DNA from: an uncultured delta proteobacterium
GTDB lineage: Bacteria; Desulfobacterota; Desulfomonilia; UBA1062
Assembly (NCBI GenBank): GCA_963798485.1
Contig: CAWCTR010000021.1
Span: forward strand, 192,001-256,000
DNA: 64,000 bases
Reading direction: 5' to 3'
Below, piece by piece: positions 1 through 9,406 of the stretch. Positions within the stretch are counted from its first letter, which is position 1, and each line of letters begins with the position of its first letter. The notes beneath the pieces were generated by a model. The model made no database searches. It had not been told where the DNA came from and was given only the letters and a program-made list of their open reading frames with translations. The position numbers and the translations under genes were made by a program.

Positions 1-241
1 GTATGGCCGTGCTCATGGCCGCCATGCCCGAGCTGAACAGAACCCCTGCCTCTGCGCCCTCCAAGGCGCAGAGCTTGCCCACCACTGCCTCCTGGTTTGG
101 GGTGTTGAAATAGCGCGGGTACGTCGCCTTTTCCCGGTCAAGGTAGGAGGTGGCCGACGAGGTGAAGATGGGGGTGTTGATGCCCCCGGTGATATCGTCC
201 CGGTATGTCCCGCTATGCACGCAAAGGGTTTCCTTTTTCAT
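1..241 (-). CDS. PLP-dependent trans-sulfuration enzyme (Cys/Met metabolism, cystathionine gamma-synthase/lyase family), 5' part; runs off window
   Basis: Manual translation from ATG at 241 with AGGAGG upstream: MKKETLCVHSGTYRDDITGGINTPIFTSS...YPRYFNTPNQEAVVGKLCALEGAEAGVLFSSGMAAMSTAI; the YxRxxNxP, LEGAE and FSSGMAA motifs fit this family. Confidence 0.85.
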   Translation of the reverse strand, partial: MKKETLCVHSGTYRDDITGGINTPIFTSSATSYLDREKATYPRYFNTPNQEAVVGKLCALEGAEAGVLFSSGMAAMSTAI

Positions 242-363
242 GGTTCGCTTCCTCCTGAGTACAGCATACATGAACCCGCGGGTGATTTCCATGTACAGGA
301 GGGGTGAAATATCAGATGAACAGTTATATTGCAGTGGTTTATAAATAATAATAGCATATTGTT

Positions 364-444
364 TTGCACTCAATATCCGGATATACTGCAATTGCGCTTC
401 GGATAATAATGGGGATATGCTGCAAAAGTTGCAGTATGTTAATG
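364..444 (+). other. attI-like structured recombination site, copy 1
   Basis: 31-bp perfect inverted match (364-394 vs 26347-26377) within ~75 bp of similarity to 26305-26377; internal repeats GATATACTGCAA/GATATGCTGCAA; ends in GTTAATG; followed by co-oriented cassette-like genes. Confidence 0.5.
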
Positions 445-477
445 CAGAAAACATGACCAACCAGGGCTAAGATCAAA

Positions 478-840
478 ATGAAGATGACAAGAAAATTTAG
501 TGGAATCATTTATGAACTCTTGTCACAAAAAAATAGACCTGAAGACATTGTTCTTCTCATTGAGAAGGCACTGCAAATAGAGTCAATTCGGCAAGGTAAA
601 TATAATCTTGGGTTGGAACTCTATAGGATGGCGTATAGCGGTGAGACATCTTTTTTAGTTTCAGATTACCCTTTTTTCAAATTACGTCCTGGTGTTGATG
701 ATTCAAGATACCCTGCAAAAGGTTTTGTTGCATCTGCCGCTGGACTTGAGGCTGCAAAAGAGTTCATCGATATCAGGGATATTGCAAAAGAACTCAACCT
801 TGAAGAAGACCGACTTGTACTGGTTATCAATTCGGACTAG
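478..840 (+). CDS. hypothetical protein (AT-rich, cassette-like)
   Basis: 120-aa ORF, no recognised motif. Confidence 0.6.
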   Translation: MKMTRKFSGIIYELLSQKNRPEDIVLLIEKALQIESIRQGKYNLGLELYRMAYSGETSFLVSDYPFFKLRPGVDDSRYPAKGFVASAAGLEAAKEFIDIRDIAKELNLEEDRLVLVINSD

Positions 841-845
841 CTGAG

Positions 846-1479
846 ATGACTGATGTATTTATTCAGCGAGGTGCATTAAAAATTGGAATTAAACCACGTA
901 GTCAAAAAATACTAAAAATGCCTCCACGTTCATATCCTGTGACTGACAATGAACGAAGGTCTGCATTGACACGGGGCCAAAAACCACCCATAGAAGAAGT
1001 AGGAACCAAACAAAGCAACAAAAAGAATCTAAATAAAAATCCTGGGCAGAAGTTTGATAACCCTTTATATGCAAAAGTAAGAACAGATTCGGAATCAAAT
1101 AAAGAAAATAAAGATATTACTCGAAAACTGCACGAAGCAACCATAGAGTCAATAATTTCACGAAATCTCGAGTTGATAGAAAAAGGGCTTGAGCTTATTC
1201 AAAGGCAATTTGTTTGCTCTGGTATCGGAAGGATGATCAACTTTGTAAGGACAGATCTTCAAATTTAGCGTGATCGAATTGAAGGGTTTCGGGACTAAAC
1301 AAGATACAATAATAGACCAGATAACGAGATACATGGGGTGGATCAAGGCACATATGGCTCAAGGAAATCAAAAAGTCCGAGGTTTTATTGGCGTACCTAA
1401 GGTAGATGAGAGATTAGTGTACGCTGTTGGGGCTATTCCTAACGTCGAAATAAAGACATTCAATATTTCTTTTCCTTAA
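846..1479 (+). pseudogene. NucS/DUF91-like PD-(D/E)XK endonuclease-domain protein, double frameshift
   Basis: Restoring two single-base deletions near 1235 and 1269 gives RQF..GR(I)DQLCKDRSSNLxVIELK...DQITRYMGWIK...VRG, a NucS C-terminal-type motif; split over ORFs 846-1268 and 1270-1479. Confidence 0.7.
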
Positions 1480-1634
1480 ACTTTCATAATAGGAAATCCA
1501 TACGAGATTAGGTAAATGGACTATAGCTATCAGTATTTTTAACAGGGGCTATCAAAAGGCGGGAAATTAGGGTGGGAAATTAGGGTCAGAGACGATTTTT
1601 CAGAGGTAAATGGAATAGATTTATTTTCTGAATG

Positions 1635-1727
1635 CGCTAATAAAGGCTGCACAAGGACAGCCAGGTCGTATCAGTGTTAAGTTAAAAATCCAACTGGTCC
1701 TGGCGGAACGTGATCCGCGAATCAGGC
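1635..1727 (+). other. degenerate attC site
   Basis: CGCTAAT aaa GGCTGCAC aaGGAC aGCCAGG...CCTGGC ggaacGTGAtCCGC ga ATCAGGC parallels the intact attC at 22732-22830, with both core sites mutated. Confidence 0.6.
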
Positions 1728-1746
1728 ACCATAATTCGAGGCTAAG

Positions 1747-2100
1747 ATGTTTGAACGAAAACATGAAAAACTTGCTCCCATGCCGGTTTTTGTCAGAAGG
1801 ATGGCCGCGTCTGTCGCGATGGCAGGTATCTTGATTGCCGTTGCTTTATCCATAGGTATCTCAGGCTATCATTGGCTGGCGGGATTTGGCCTCGTTGATT
1901 CTTTTTTGGAGGCGTCTATGATCCTTGGGGGAATGGGACCGGTCAATCCGCTTGCTACGACCGGGGCTAAATTATTTGCATCTGTATATGCGCTTTTCAG
2001 CGGGCTGGTCTTTATAGCGATAATGGGCATTGTCCTTGCCCCGGTAACCCATCGGATGCTGCATAAATTTCATATTGATGAAGAGGACCTGCAGCAGTGA
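1747..2100 (+). CDS. small membrane protein (ion-channel-like two-TM fold), cassette-borne
   Basis: Two hydrophobic helices around ASMILGGMGP; flanked by ATCAGGCA (1721) and TGCCTCAC (2101), a decayed core/inverse-core pair. Confidence 0.75.
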   Translation: MFERKHEKLAPMPVFVRRMAASVAMAGILIAVALSIGISGYHWLAGFGLVDSFLEASMILGGMGPVNPLATTGAKLFASVYALFSGLVFIAIMGIVLAPVTHRMLHKFHIDEEDLQQ

Positions 2101-2187
2101 TGCCTCACCATGTCATTCATTTTATAACAAAGATAGTAACACTCTGATCAAGGCTTCTGTTATAATATCCTAACATAGGAGGCTATC

Positions 2188-2469
2188 ATGCAATGGTCGG
2201 AAATACGCAAGGCTTATCCCAATCAGTGGCTTGTTGTGGAAGCCTTGCAGGCTCACACAACCCCTGATAACCGTCGGCTTCTCGATAAGATTGCCGTTGT
2301 CGAACATTGCAATGACGGTAGCGCTGCAATGGATAGTTACCGCCGTATTCACCAACAATATCCAGCCCGTGAGTTTTATTTTGTCCATACAAGCCGGGAA
2401 GAACTCGATATACGTGAACAGCAATGGTTAGGTATTCGGAGAAGCCATGCACGTACCGTTGAAGGATAA
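2188..2469 (+). CDS. hypothetical protein (MxWxEIRxxYPxQW type)
   Basis: AGGAGG RBS; overlaps the next ORF. Confidence 0.75.
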   Translation: MQWSEIRKAYPNQWLVVEALQAHTTPDNRRLLDKIAVVEHCNDGSAAMDSYRRIHQQYPAREFYFVHTSREELDIREQQWLGIRRSHARTVEG

Positions 2470-2535
2470 CCTCCCTTTCACTACGGTTACTATTTCTTAC
2501 AAGGGAGATACCATTGATATACCCAAGATTCTATT
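2447..2535 (+). pseudogene. truncated retropepsin-like aspartyl protease N-terminus
   Basis: MHVPLKDNLPFTTVTISYKGDTIDIPKILL stops resembling the family just before the expected DTG motif. Confidence 0.4.
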
Positions 2536-2678
2536 GACAGGCTGGAAACAAACCAGATCTCGTATACGAGTGATAATAGCTAAACGGCCCGACAAACGAA
2601 ATCAGGGGACCGGGGCTAGCTCCCCTACGTTGATTATGGTCGTCCAGTATCACTTCAAAGGAACCTCCCCAAAAAGAA

Positions 2679-2717
2679 TTGACATCGCACGTTAATGTGA
2701 TTACAATGTGATTACAT
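2679..2717 (+). promoter_or_regulatory. sigma70 promoter with overlapping TA operator
   Basis: TTGACA (2679-2684), 17 nt, TACAAT (2702-2707); tandem ATGTGATTACA quasi-palindromes overlap the -10. Confidence 0.75.
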
Positions 2718-2734
2718 CGGGAGGTGTCCAAACC

Positions 2735-2992
2735 ATGAGATCAAGAATCGTGAAAATCGGCAATTCCCAGGGTATACGCCTTCCAAAGCCCCTCATCGAC
2801 CAAACAGGCCTCAGGGAAGAGGTGGAGATTCTCGTGGAGGGGAACAGGCTGATCATCGCCCCGGTGGGCCGTCCTCGGGCAAGCTGGCCCGCCTCTTTCC
2901 AGAAGATGGCGAGCATGGGAGAGGATGCCCTGCTCGATGGTGATGTCCAGGTCTCTACCGCGTGGGATGAGGATGAATGGGAATGGAAATAA
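2735..2992 (+). CDS. mazE: AbrB/MazE-family antitoxin
   Basis: IVKIGNSQGIRLPK motif; acidic W-rich tail (WDEDEWEW); GGAGG RBS. Confidence 0.9.
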   Translation: MRSRIVKIGNSQGIRLPKPLIDQTGLREEVEILVEGNRLIIAPVGRPRASWPASFQKMASMGEDALLDGDVQVSTAWDEDEWEWK

Positions 2993-3306
2993 ACCGTTTC
3001 GATGTCTTTCTCGTGAATCCGGACCCGACAGTAGGTCATGAGATCAAGAAAACCCGGCCATGCCTGATTATCTCGCCTGACGAGATGAACCATCACATCC
3101 GGACAGTGATCATAGCGCCCATGACAACAAAGGGGCGACCCTACCCCACCAGGGTTCCCTGTAAATTCAAGGACAAATCCGGGTTGATCGTTCTGGATCA
3201 GATCAGGACGGTTGATTCGGCCCGCCTGGTGAGAAAGGTCGGCAGGATCAGCAGGAAAACAGCATCACAAGTCCTTGCCGTTCTGAATGAGATGTTCGCG
3301 GAATAA
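2983..3306 (+). CDS. mazF: PemK/MazF-family endoribonuclease toxin
   Basis: DPTVGHEIKKTRPCLIISP and DQIRTVD motifs; overlaps the antitoxin. Confidence 0.92.
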   Translation: MEINRFDVFLVNPDPTVGHEIKKTRPCLIISPDEMNHHIRTVIIAPMTTKGRPYPTRVPCKFKDKSGLIVLDQIRTVDSARLVRKVGRISRKTASQVLAVLNEMFAE

Positions 3307-3339
3307 AACCCCGTCCGGCGCACATGCAGTCAAACCTCC

Positions 3340-3436
3340 ATGGGGGCGCACATCCGATACGTGCCGTATTGGCTAGGCCCCTGATGTGTCTCTTTGTCGT
3401 GGCAACGGATTTGTCAGCTATAAGAACACCTCCTTT
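3340..3436 (-). pseudogene. decayed duplicate of the 5' end of the Hsp20 gene
   Basis: Aligns with 7031-7127 (GTGGCAACGGATTTGTCAGC identical); ATG changed to ATA. Confidence 0.75.
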
Positions 3437-3494
3437 GTGGTATACTGGAGATCTCTGTTTGACAGACTGAGCTGGTTGTTTGTGTGATCGAAGA

Positions 3495-3899
3495 TCATTT
3501 AGCCGGTGATGCCTTGCAGTCATTACCCTCATGGCTCCACGATGTGATTATTCCGTCTTGATCCAGAACAAAACTGGTTCTGCACCATAAGATCTTTTTA
3601 TAAATATCCGGGGTATCGATGTATTTGTCAGGAGATATGTATTCATGCCCATGATACTCTCCAGGCAGGTTTAGATTCGGCTCCCCGACGTTTTCTTCCA
3701 CGACACGGGACCTGCTGTATTCAATTACGGTTCTCCCATCCGGAAGGTTATAGCTTCTATTAGGTTGTCCGAAGAACGATACCAGGTCATCTTCATGAGA
3801 ACCGATAAGGGCATTCAACGCCTTTTCATAGTTCCTGGTCGTTGCACACCCTGATAAGGCAATGATGATGATGAGAATTATACTCGACCATACCTTCAT
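3495..3899 (-). CDS. putative lipoprotein
   Basis: Signal peptide with lipobox LSGC; FGQP...W..GNDC pattern. Confidence 0.8.
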   Translation of the reverse strand: MKVWSSIILIIIIALSGCATTRNYEKALNALIGSHEDDLVSFFGQPNRSYNLPDGRTVIEYSRSRVVEENVGEPNLNLPGEYHGHEYISPDKYIDTPDIYKKILWCRTSFVLDQDGIITSWSHEGNDCKASPAK

Positions 3900-4321
3900 G
3901 TGTCCTCGTCCTTTCCGGCTTACATTATTATTAACATATGGTTGTGCCCGCCTTTGTCAAGGGGCTGCATAACCCATGTGGGAATATCCAGTGCAAAGCA
4001 CCTGTGTTGCATTATGCCGTATTCGTCTTAATATACATACACTGGAGGAAAAAGGAAAAGGTTATGGAAAGCATTAATGTCCAACAGCCTCATATCGGGC
4101 ATATCAGAAAAAAATATTTCTCACTCTATACCGTTTGCATTATGGACATCGAAAGAAAATAGCAGAGCCTGATCTTGAACTGCTACCCGCCCCGCCGTTT
4201 TATCATGACGATAAAGCAAGGTCCGGCGGGACTTTGTACACCATCGACCTGAAGGTATGAATTGTATTTTTGAAAGATAAAAAGTGGAAATGATTATTTT
4301 CTGTTCGTAAAATTGCTCGGC

Positions 4322-4436
4322 GCATAGCAAGCGCATCCGAACGTGCGCTGCCGCCCGCGCTAAAGTTTGTGATCTTTCATAATTCAGATCTCTTTGTGTA
4401 ATGAACATACCTGGCCGGTGATTCGTCGTGTTCGCC
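4322..4436 (+). other. degenerate attC site
   Basis: GCATAGC ... GGCCGGTGATTCG tcgt GTTCGCC directly before the GGCT gene. Confidence 0.4.
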
Positions 4437-4447
4437 TGGAGATTGTG

Positions 4448-4873
4448 ATGGACCCTCATGAAAAAGAATTTGTTTTTGTTTACGGTACCCTCAGGCGTGA
4501 TATGAATGGTGGAATGTATCACCTTCTGGCGAAGTACGGAAATTTTGTGGATGAGGCCACATATCAAGGCAGGCTGTACAAAGTGGCCGACTACCCGGGT
4601 GTGGTCCCCTCGGATGACCCCAAAGACGCAGTCCATGGCGAAGTCTATCAACTTCACCATGCAGATGCCGTTCTTCCATGTCTTGATGAGTATGAGAGGT
4701 GCGGACCCGGCTTTCCGGAACCTACAGAGTACATACGTGTCAAGCAGGAGGTCTCTCTCAGGAACGGCAATGCGGTTTCCGCGTGGGTCTACCTATACAA
4801 TCGCCCCACAGAAGCACTCGAATTGATTGAGTCGGGAGATTTCTCGCTGGTCCGGAGCCCAGGGGCAAAATAG
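4448..4873 (+). CDS. gamma-glutamylcyclotransferase (AIG2-like) family protein
   Basis: VFVYGTLR, YPG, VHGEVY, LDEYE and AWVYLYN motifs. Confidence 0.92.
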   Translation: MDPHEKEFVFVYGTLRRDMNGGMYHLLAKYGNFVDEATYQGRLYKVADYPGVVPSDDPKDAVHGEVYQLHHADAVLPCLDEYERCGPGFPEPTEYIRVKQEVSLRNGNAVSAWVYLYNRPTEALELIESGDFSLVRSPGAK

Positions 4874-4930
4874 CCGAAGAACTCATCAAGCGGTCGCAGA
4901 AGAATGCGCCGCGTACACAGGTCATTGTAC
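4873..4930 (+). other. degenerate short attC site
   Basis: GCCGAAG..TCAAGCGGtCGCA gaagaa TGCGCCGCgT..ATTGTAC; ATTGTACAG is 8/9 complementary to CTGTAGAAT at the end of the next gene (5599-5607). Confidence 0.55.
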
Positions 4931-4965
4931 AGAATAATTAAGATGATGCATGAAAGGAGAAACTT

Positions 4966-5604
4966 ATGTTTGAAAACATCATCCATGAACACAGTGCGGC
5001 CCTTGATGTAATTATAAAATCGCGACGCTCGGTAAGGGTATTCAGTCCAACCCCGCCAAGCCGGGAGGCTATTGAGGCAATAATCCAAGCAGGACTGTTG
5101 GCTCCCTTTGCATCACTTGCGGTTGCCGGAAAACCGGACTTTAGAAAGGTTGTAGTTATTCGAGGCCCTTCATCAGTTATGGACGCCGCAGGGGATATTC
5201 TCAAAAATAAAATGGCAAGGTTTGCCGATGAACTTGAAAAGAAGGTGGGACCTGTTCCTTTTATTCAGAATCTGAAACGGATCGGACAACAAGGTGTGCC
5301 CGGCGTCGGTAACGCACCATACTATATCATTGTCGGAGAAAGAAAAGGAATGCCTCCGGTTGCTCCGCATTCGCTTTGCTACTGCCTGCAGAATATGTGG
5401 CTGAAAGCAACATCACTCAGCATAGGTCTTCAACTTGTCAGTGCAACCATGCAGATGGATAGCGACCCTGATTTTTGCAGGCTTTTAGATATTCCCTGTG
5501 GGGAATATGCGCTGGATGGGTGCGCGCTGGGATATCCGGCCGATAGCTATCAACCTTCTTTTGTCGAATATCCTACACTGGGAAAATCAGTTAAATGGCT
5601 GTAG
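4966..5604 (+). CDS. nitroreductase family protein
   Basis: IIKSRRSVRVF, AP, QNMWLKATSLSIG and LGYP motifs. Confidence 0.9.
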   Translation: MFENIIHEHSAALDVIIKSRRSVRVFSPTPPSREAIEAIIQAGLLAPFASLAVAGKPDFRKVVVIRGPSSVMDAAGDILKNKMARFADELEKKVGPVPFIQNLKRIGQQGVPGVGNAPYYIIVGERKGMPPVAPHSLCYCLQNMWLKATSLSIGLQLVSATMQMDSDPDFCRLLDIPCGEYALDGCALGYPADSYQPSFVEYPTLGKSVKWL

Positions 5605-5695
5605 AATCTAAAGATGATGGTGTCGCTATGTAACGCGACAGGAGACAGGGAGGGACCGATTGCCTCAATCCACAAATAGAACAGGGCTTCACACC

Positions 5696-6529
5696 ATGTC
5701 CGATCATAAAGCGAGTCGTACGGCGCTGGGAACCGCATACCTGAGGGCCGCGCATCAGCTGCTTGACGCATACCCGCACATCCTTGAAGACCCGGTTGCA
5801 TTAACGCTCCTCGGACCGGGGGCGTTGCAGCGGATCAACGATACGACGGATCAGTACCAAACGCCCGAAAGGCTTGCATTGCGCGCGCATGTGGTTCTGC
5901 GTTCGCGGTTCGCCGAGGACCGGCTTGCCGCTGCGGTTCATCGCGGAGTCACGCAGTATGTCATCCTCGGGGCAGGCTTCGATACCTTTGCACTCAGGCA
6001 GCCTGACTGGGCACAGGCATTGAAAATCCTCGAGGTCGACCATCCGGGGACACAGGCTATGAAACGCTCCCATCTTGCCGCAGCAGGCCTCACAATGCCT
6101 GAGAACGCAGACTTCGCCACCATCGACTTTGAACACGAATCGTTGCGTGACGGCCTCCTGCGGTATCATGCCTCCCTGGACGAACCGACCTTCTTCTCGT
6201 GGCTGGGTGTGACCATGTACCTCAAGGAAGACGCCATCGATGCCGTGCTCCGGTCTGTCGCAGCCTTTCCGGCGGGCAGCGAGATCGTGTTTACCTTCGT
6301 GACGCCACCAAGTGACTCCCCTTCGCCCCTGGCCCAGCGCACCGCAAGCCTCGGCGAACCCTGGGTGAGTTACTTCGAGCCTGATGCCATCGAAGCAAAG
6401 CTGCATGGCAACGGCTTTTCCAAGGTGGAGTTTCTTTCGCCCGCAGAGGCTGAGGCTAGGTACTTCCGGCAGCGCCCGGCAGACCTCCCGGTGCCGAAGA
6501 GAACGAACATTCTCAGCGCGGTGCTGTAA
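5696..6529 (+). CDS. SAM-dependent methyltransferase (leucine carboxyl methyltransferase-like family)
   Basis: RSRFAED, QYVILGAGFDT, EVDHP and WLGVTMYL motifs. Confidence 0.92.
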   Translation: MSDHKASRTALGTAYLRAAHQLLDAYPHILEDPVALTLLGPGALQRINDTTDQYQTPERLALRAHVVLRSRFAEDRLAAAVHRGVTQYVILGAGFDTFALRQPDWAQALKILEVDHPGTQAMKRSHLAAAGLTMPENADFATIDFEHESLRDGLLRYHASLDEPTFFSWLGVTMYLKEDAIDAVLRSVAAFPAGSEIVFTFVTPPSDSPSPLAQRTASLGEPWVSYFEPDAIEAKLHGNGFSKVEFLSPAEAEARYFRQRPADLPVPKRTNILSAVL

Positions 6530-6544
6530 TGTACGCCAACGAAC

Positions 6545-6574
6545 AAAAAACGGAGAGGCTTTTTAAGCCTCTCC
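6545..6574 (-). terminator. intrinsic terminator for hsp20 (possibly bidirectional)
   Basis: GGAGAGGCT/AGCCTCTCC stem followed by a T-run on the minus strand. Confidence 0.7.
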
Positions 6575-6605
6575 TGGAATTGCTGTCATTTCCCCCTCAC
6601 CTGAC

Positions 6606-7112
6606 TCATTGGCTCTTGACCGCTATCTTCCTGTGCGAACGCTTTTCTCCCGCGAGTTTGGGCAGGGTGATGTTGAGCACCCCTTTCTTGAAGACGGCCT
6701 CTACCTTGTCCACATCCACGTCCTCGATAGTGAGGACCCGGGTGAAAGATCCGTACGAGCGTTCCGAGCAGTAGTAGTTGTCACCCCTGCTCTCGGTCTC
6801 GTCCTTCTTCACACCCGAGATGGTGATGCTGTCGCTGCTCAGGCTGATGTCGATATCCTTTTCATCAAGACCGGGGAGCTCGGCATTCACATGGATGGCC
6901 TTTTCGTCCTCGGTCATGTCGATCCGCGGGCTGAAGGTTTCCATGTCGTCCATCAGACTTGATAATGGTCTGAGGGAGAAACCTGTGAAAAAATCGTCAA
7001 AGAGCCGGCCTATCCCGCCCCTAAACAGATCAAGGGGCTGCACGTCCGTCACGTGCCGTATGGGCAGGCCCCTGGTGTGTCCCTTTGCCGTGGCAACGGA
7101 TTTGTCAGCCAT
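6606..7112 (-). CDS. Hsp20/alpha-crystallin small heat shock protein
   Basis: AELPG, ERSYGSFTR and FKKGVLNITLPK motifs. Confidence 0.95.
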   Translation of the reverse strand: MADKSVATAKGHTRGLPIRHVTDVQPLDLFRGGIGRLFDDFFTGFSLRPLSSLMDDMETFSPRIDMTEDEKAIHVNAELPGLDEKDIDISLSSDSITISGVKKDETESRGDNYYCSERSYGSFTRVLTIEDVDVDKVEAVFKKGVLNITLPKLAGEKRSHRKIAVKSQ

Positions 7113-7361
7113 ACAAACACCTCCTTTACGTCTCGTGTTGCAAACTCATTGAACTGAGTTCCGATGCTTTTATAGGGTCACTTTGCAGGAATTCAAGGTG
7201 TGGTAAGGTATTGATAGTACAATATAGAGTGACCTTGGTGGCACGGAAGCTAAGGCTTAATTATTTTAGCAGCATGTTGCTTTGCTCTTAATATCTCTTA
7301 ATAATTGTTATGTTGCTCACACAGAGCGAATAAGGAATTGCAGCATCAAGAGGAGGAAGCA

Positions 7362-7601
7362 ATGAAAAATGAAGACAGAAAACGGATCGAAGAGATTATG
7401 GCGGGAATGAAATGCCCGAAGAACTTCAAGTGTGCGAAAGGAGGCTTCGAACATTTGTGCAAGGCAACAGATATCGGACTGGAGAATTATCTCGACTGCC
7501 TTGAGGAGAAACCGGCTAGTTGTTCCTTTGCTATGGCATATGGTCTCAGGCATTTTTGTCAATGCCCGTTGAGAGTCTACCTCGCCAAGAAACTTAAATA
7601 A
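7362..7601 (+). CDS. small Cys-rich hypothetical protein
   Basis: AGGAGG RBS; CPKNFKC...C...C...C...CQCPLR. Confidence 0.75.
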   Translation: MKNEDRKRIEEIMAGMKCPKNFKCAKGGFEHLCKATDIGLENYLDCLEEKPASCSFAMAYGLRHFCQCPLRVYLAKKLK

Positions 7602-7624
7602 AAAGAAATCCGGATGGAGTGCAA

Positions 7625-7807
7625 CTATTGCCTCTTCTTATAAAGATTCAACCCCACCTTGATTTCCTCATGACCTTCAATGGCAACATTCCCTTCAGTC
7701 GAAGCAATGATGATGGTCTTCCCCGATGATGACGGTCCGAATTCTTTAGTAAGATCAACCTTAATTGTCAGGATATTGCCTTCAGCCTTCATCTCTACGT
7801 TTTTCAT
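7625..7807 (-). CDS. small conserved hypothetical protein
   Basis: MKNVEM...GPSSSGKTIIIASTEGN; GAGGA RBS. Confidence 0.8.
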   Translation of the reverse strand: MKNVEMKAEGNILTIKVDLTKEFGPSSSGKTIIIASTEGNVAIEGHEEIKVGLNLYKKRQ

Positions 7808-7885
7808 GCCGGTCTTCCTCGTGAGATTGGAATGTCAGCAGATTAGCACTTATAGCTGATGTGTCAATAAATATATCTATCCACA

Positions 7886-9331
7886 TCATGCCCTTTCTGC
7901 ATAATCTCCATAGGCATCGACGTTTTGGCTTTGTCGGGTCTTGTAATACACCCTGCCGGACAATTCCTCCTTCATCAACTGGTAGTTGTATTGGCTATTT
8001 GAAACAGCGAGCGCCCTGACTGCCTCTTCAGGGGATTCGAACAGAGGGATTTTATAATTACTCCGGTAGGCTATGGTTTTATCCGCTGCGTTCGGGGTGT
8101 AGATGGCCGCCGGTTTGCCGTACTGATGGCATTTCTTAACGAGTTCCATTATGGCCTCGATCACCATGGGGTGCCACAGGCTCGGTACGGGCAGGAGCCC
8201 GTCTACCTCATCGGATGAAAGCAGGATGTCGAAGATCTCCATGAAGGTCTGCATGGACAGGGCGGGCCCAAGATCAATGGGGTTGGTCACATTGAAGATC
8301 CGGCCGGTCCTTGATAGTCTTTCCTGGGTCTTAAGGGAAAGCTTGGCCATCTCGAGTCCTGACTGGATAAGCAGATCCGCAGTGATGCCGCCGAAGGCGC
8401 CCGAGTTTGTAAACATCGCTATTCTCTTACCCTTCAGAGGCGGCATATGGGTGAATATCTTGGGCAGTGAATGTAGCTCGGAAATGGATTTCACACGGAT
8501 GACGCCGGCCTGTTTGCAGGCGTTCTCGAAGATGAGGTCATTGTTCGCCATACCGGCGGTGTGAGATTGTGCGGCGCGCACACCCTCCGATGTCCTGCCC
8601 ACCTTGAAGACAAGTATGGGTTTGGCCGTCTTCCTCGCAACCTCGATGAACTTCCTGCCATATTTGATGTTCTCCATATACAGGCAGATGACCTTGGTCT
8701 TTTCATCGGTATTGAAATATTCGATCATGTCCGACTCGTCGATGTCGCTCTTGTTGCCTATACTCACGATCTTTGCGGCCTTGACCACATCGCTCATAAA
8801 AGATTCCAGCACGATCACGACGATCCCGCCGCTCTGGATAATATACGATATCTCGCCTGATTCCTGGATAAAGGTGTCGAAGTTGTCCTTCTGGACACCA
8901 TAGAAGCAGCAGAACTTATTCTCTGTATTGAGAACCCCCAGACAGTTGGGACCCATGATGCGCATACCATAGGCATGCCTGATCTCATCAATCTCACGCT
9001 GGAGGGTCTTGCCCATCTCTCCACCCTCGGAGAATCCTGAGCTTTCGATGACAATATGCCTGATCCCCTTTTCCCCGCATTGTTTGACAAATCCCGGTAC
9101 AACCTGGGCCGGGGTAATAATCACGGCAAGGTCGGGATGACCCGGAATATCCATGATAGACGTGTAACCGGCGCAGCCGTAGACGTCTTCACCCTTTCTG
9201 TTTACTGCATAGACCGGCGGACTAAATGGTGAGAATTCATTGAGCGACCTGCATATCGTTGCACCAAGATTGAACGGCGAATTTGATGCCCCGATTACTA
9301 CAACAGATGACGGGTTGAAAAACGTATTCAT
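7886..9331 (-). CDS. acyl-CoA synthetase (NDP-forming) alpha-like, CoA-binding protein
   Basis: FFNPSSVVVIGAS, GPNCLG, SIGNKSD, SHTAGMA (phospho-His) and NPIDL motifs. Confidence 0.92.
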   Translation of the reverse strand: MNTFFNPSSVVVIGASNSPFNLGATICRSLNEFSPFSPPVYAVNRKGEDVYGCAGYTSIMDIPGHPDLAVIITPAQVVPGFVKQCGEKGIRHIVIESSGFSEGGEMGKTLQREIDEIRHAYGMRIMGPNCLGVLNTENKFCCFYGVQKDNFDTFIQESGEISYIIQSGGIVVIVLESFMSDVVKAAKIVSIGNKSDIDESDMIEYFNTDEKTKVICLYMENIKYGRKFIEVARKTAKPILVFKVGRTSEGVRAAQSHTAGMANNDLIFENACKQAGVIRVKSISELHSLPKIFTHMPPLKGKRIAMFTNSGAFGGITADLLIQSGLEMAKLSLKTQERLSRTGRIFNVTNPIDLGPALSMQTFMEIFDILLSSDEVDGLLPVPSLWHPMVIEAIMELVKKCHQYGKPAAIYTPNAADKTIAYRSNYKIPLFESPEEAVRALAVSNSQYNYQLMKEELSGRVYYKTRQSQNVDAYGDYAERA

Positions 9332-9406
9332 TGATGCGTCTCCTCTGGTTGCCTGTACTTTTCTTCCCTGGGTGCTTTATACAATCAGCTTATTTAAGGG
9401 CTGTCA

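Noticed and set aside
150-344. 64-aa plus-strand ORF
   Set aside because: Antisense to the PLP-enzyme gene starting at 241 on the minus strand.
4190-4230. CCCGCCG...CGGCGGG hairpin as attC or ncRNA
   Set aside because: No core sites or recognisable RNA family; cannot be supported.
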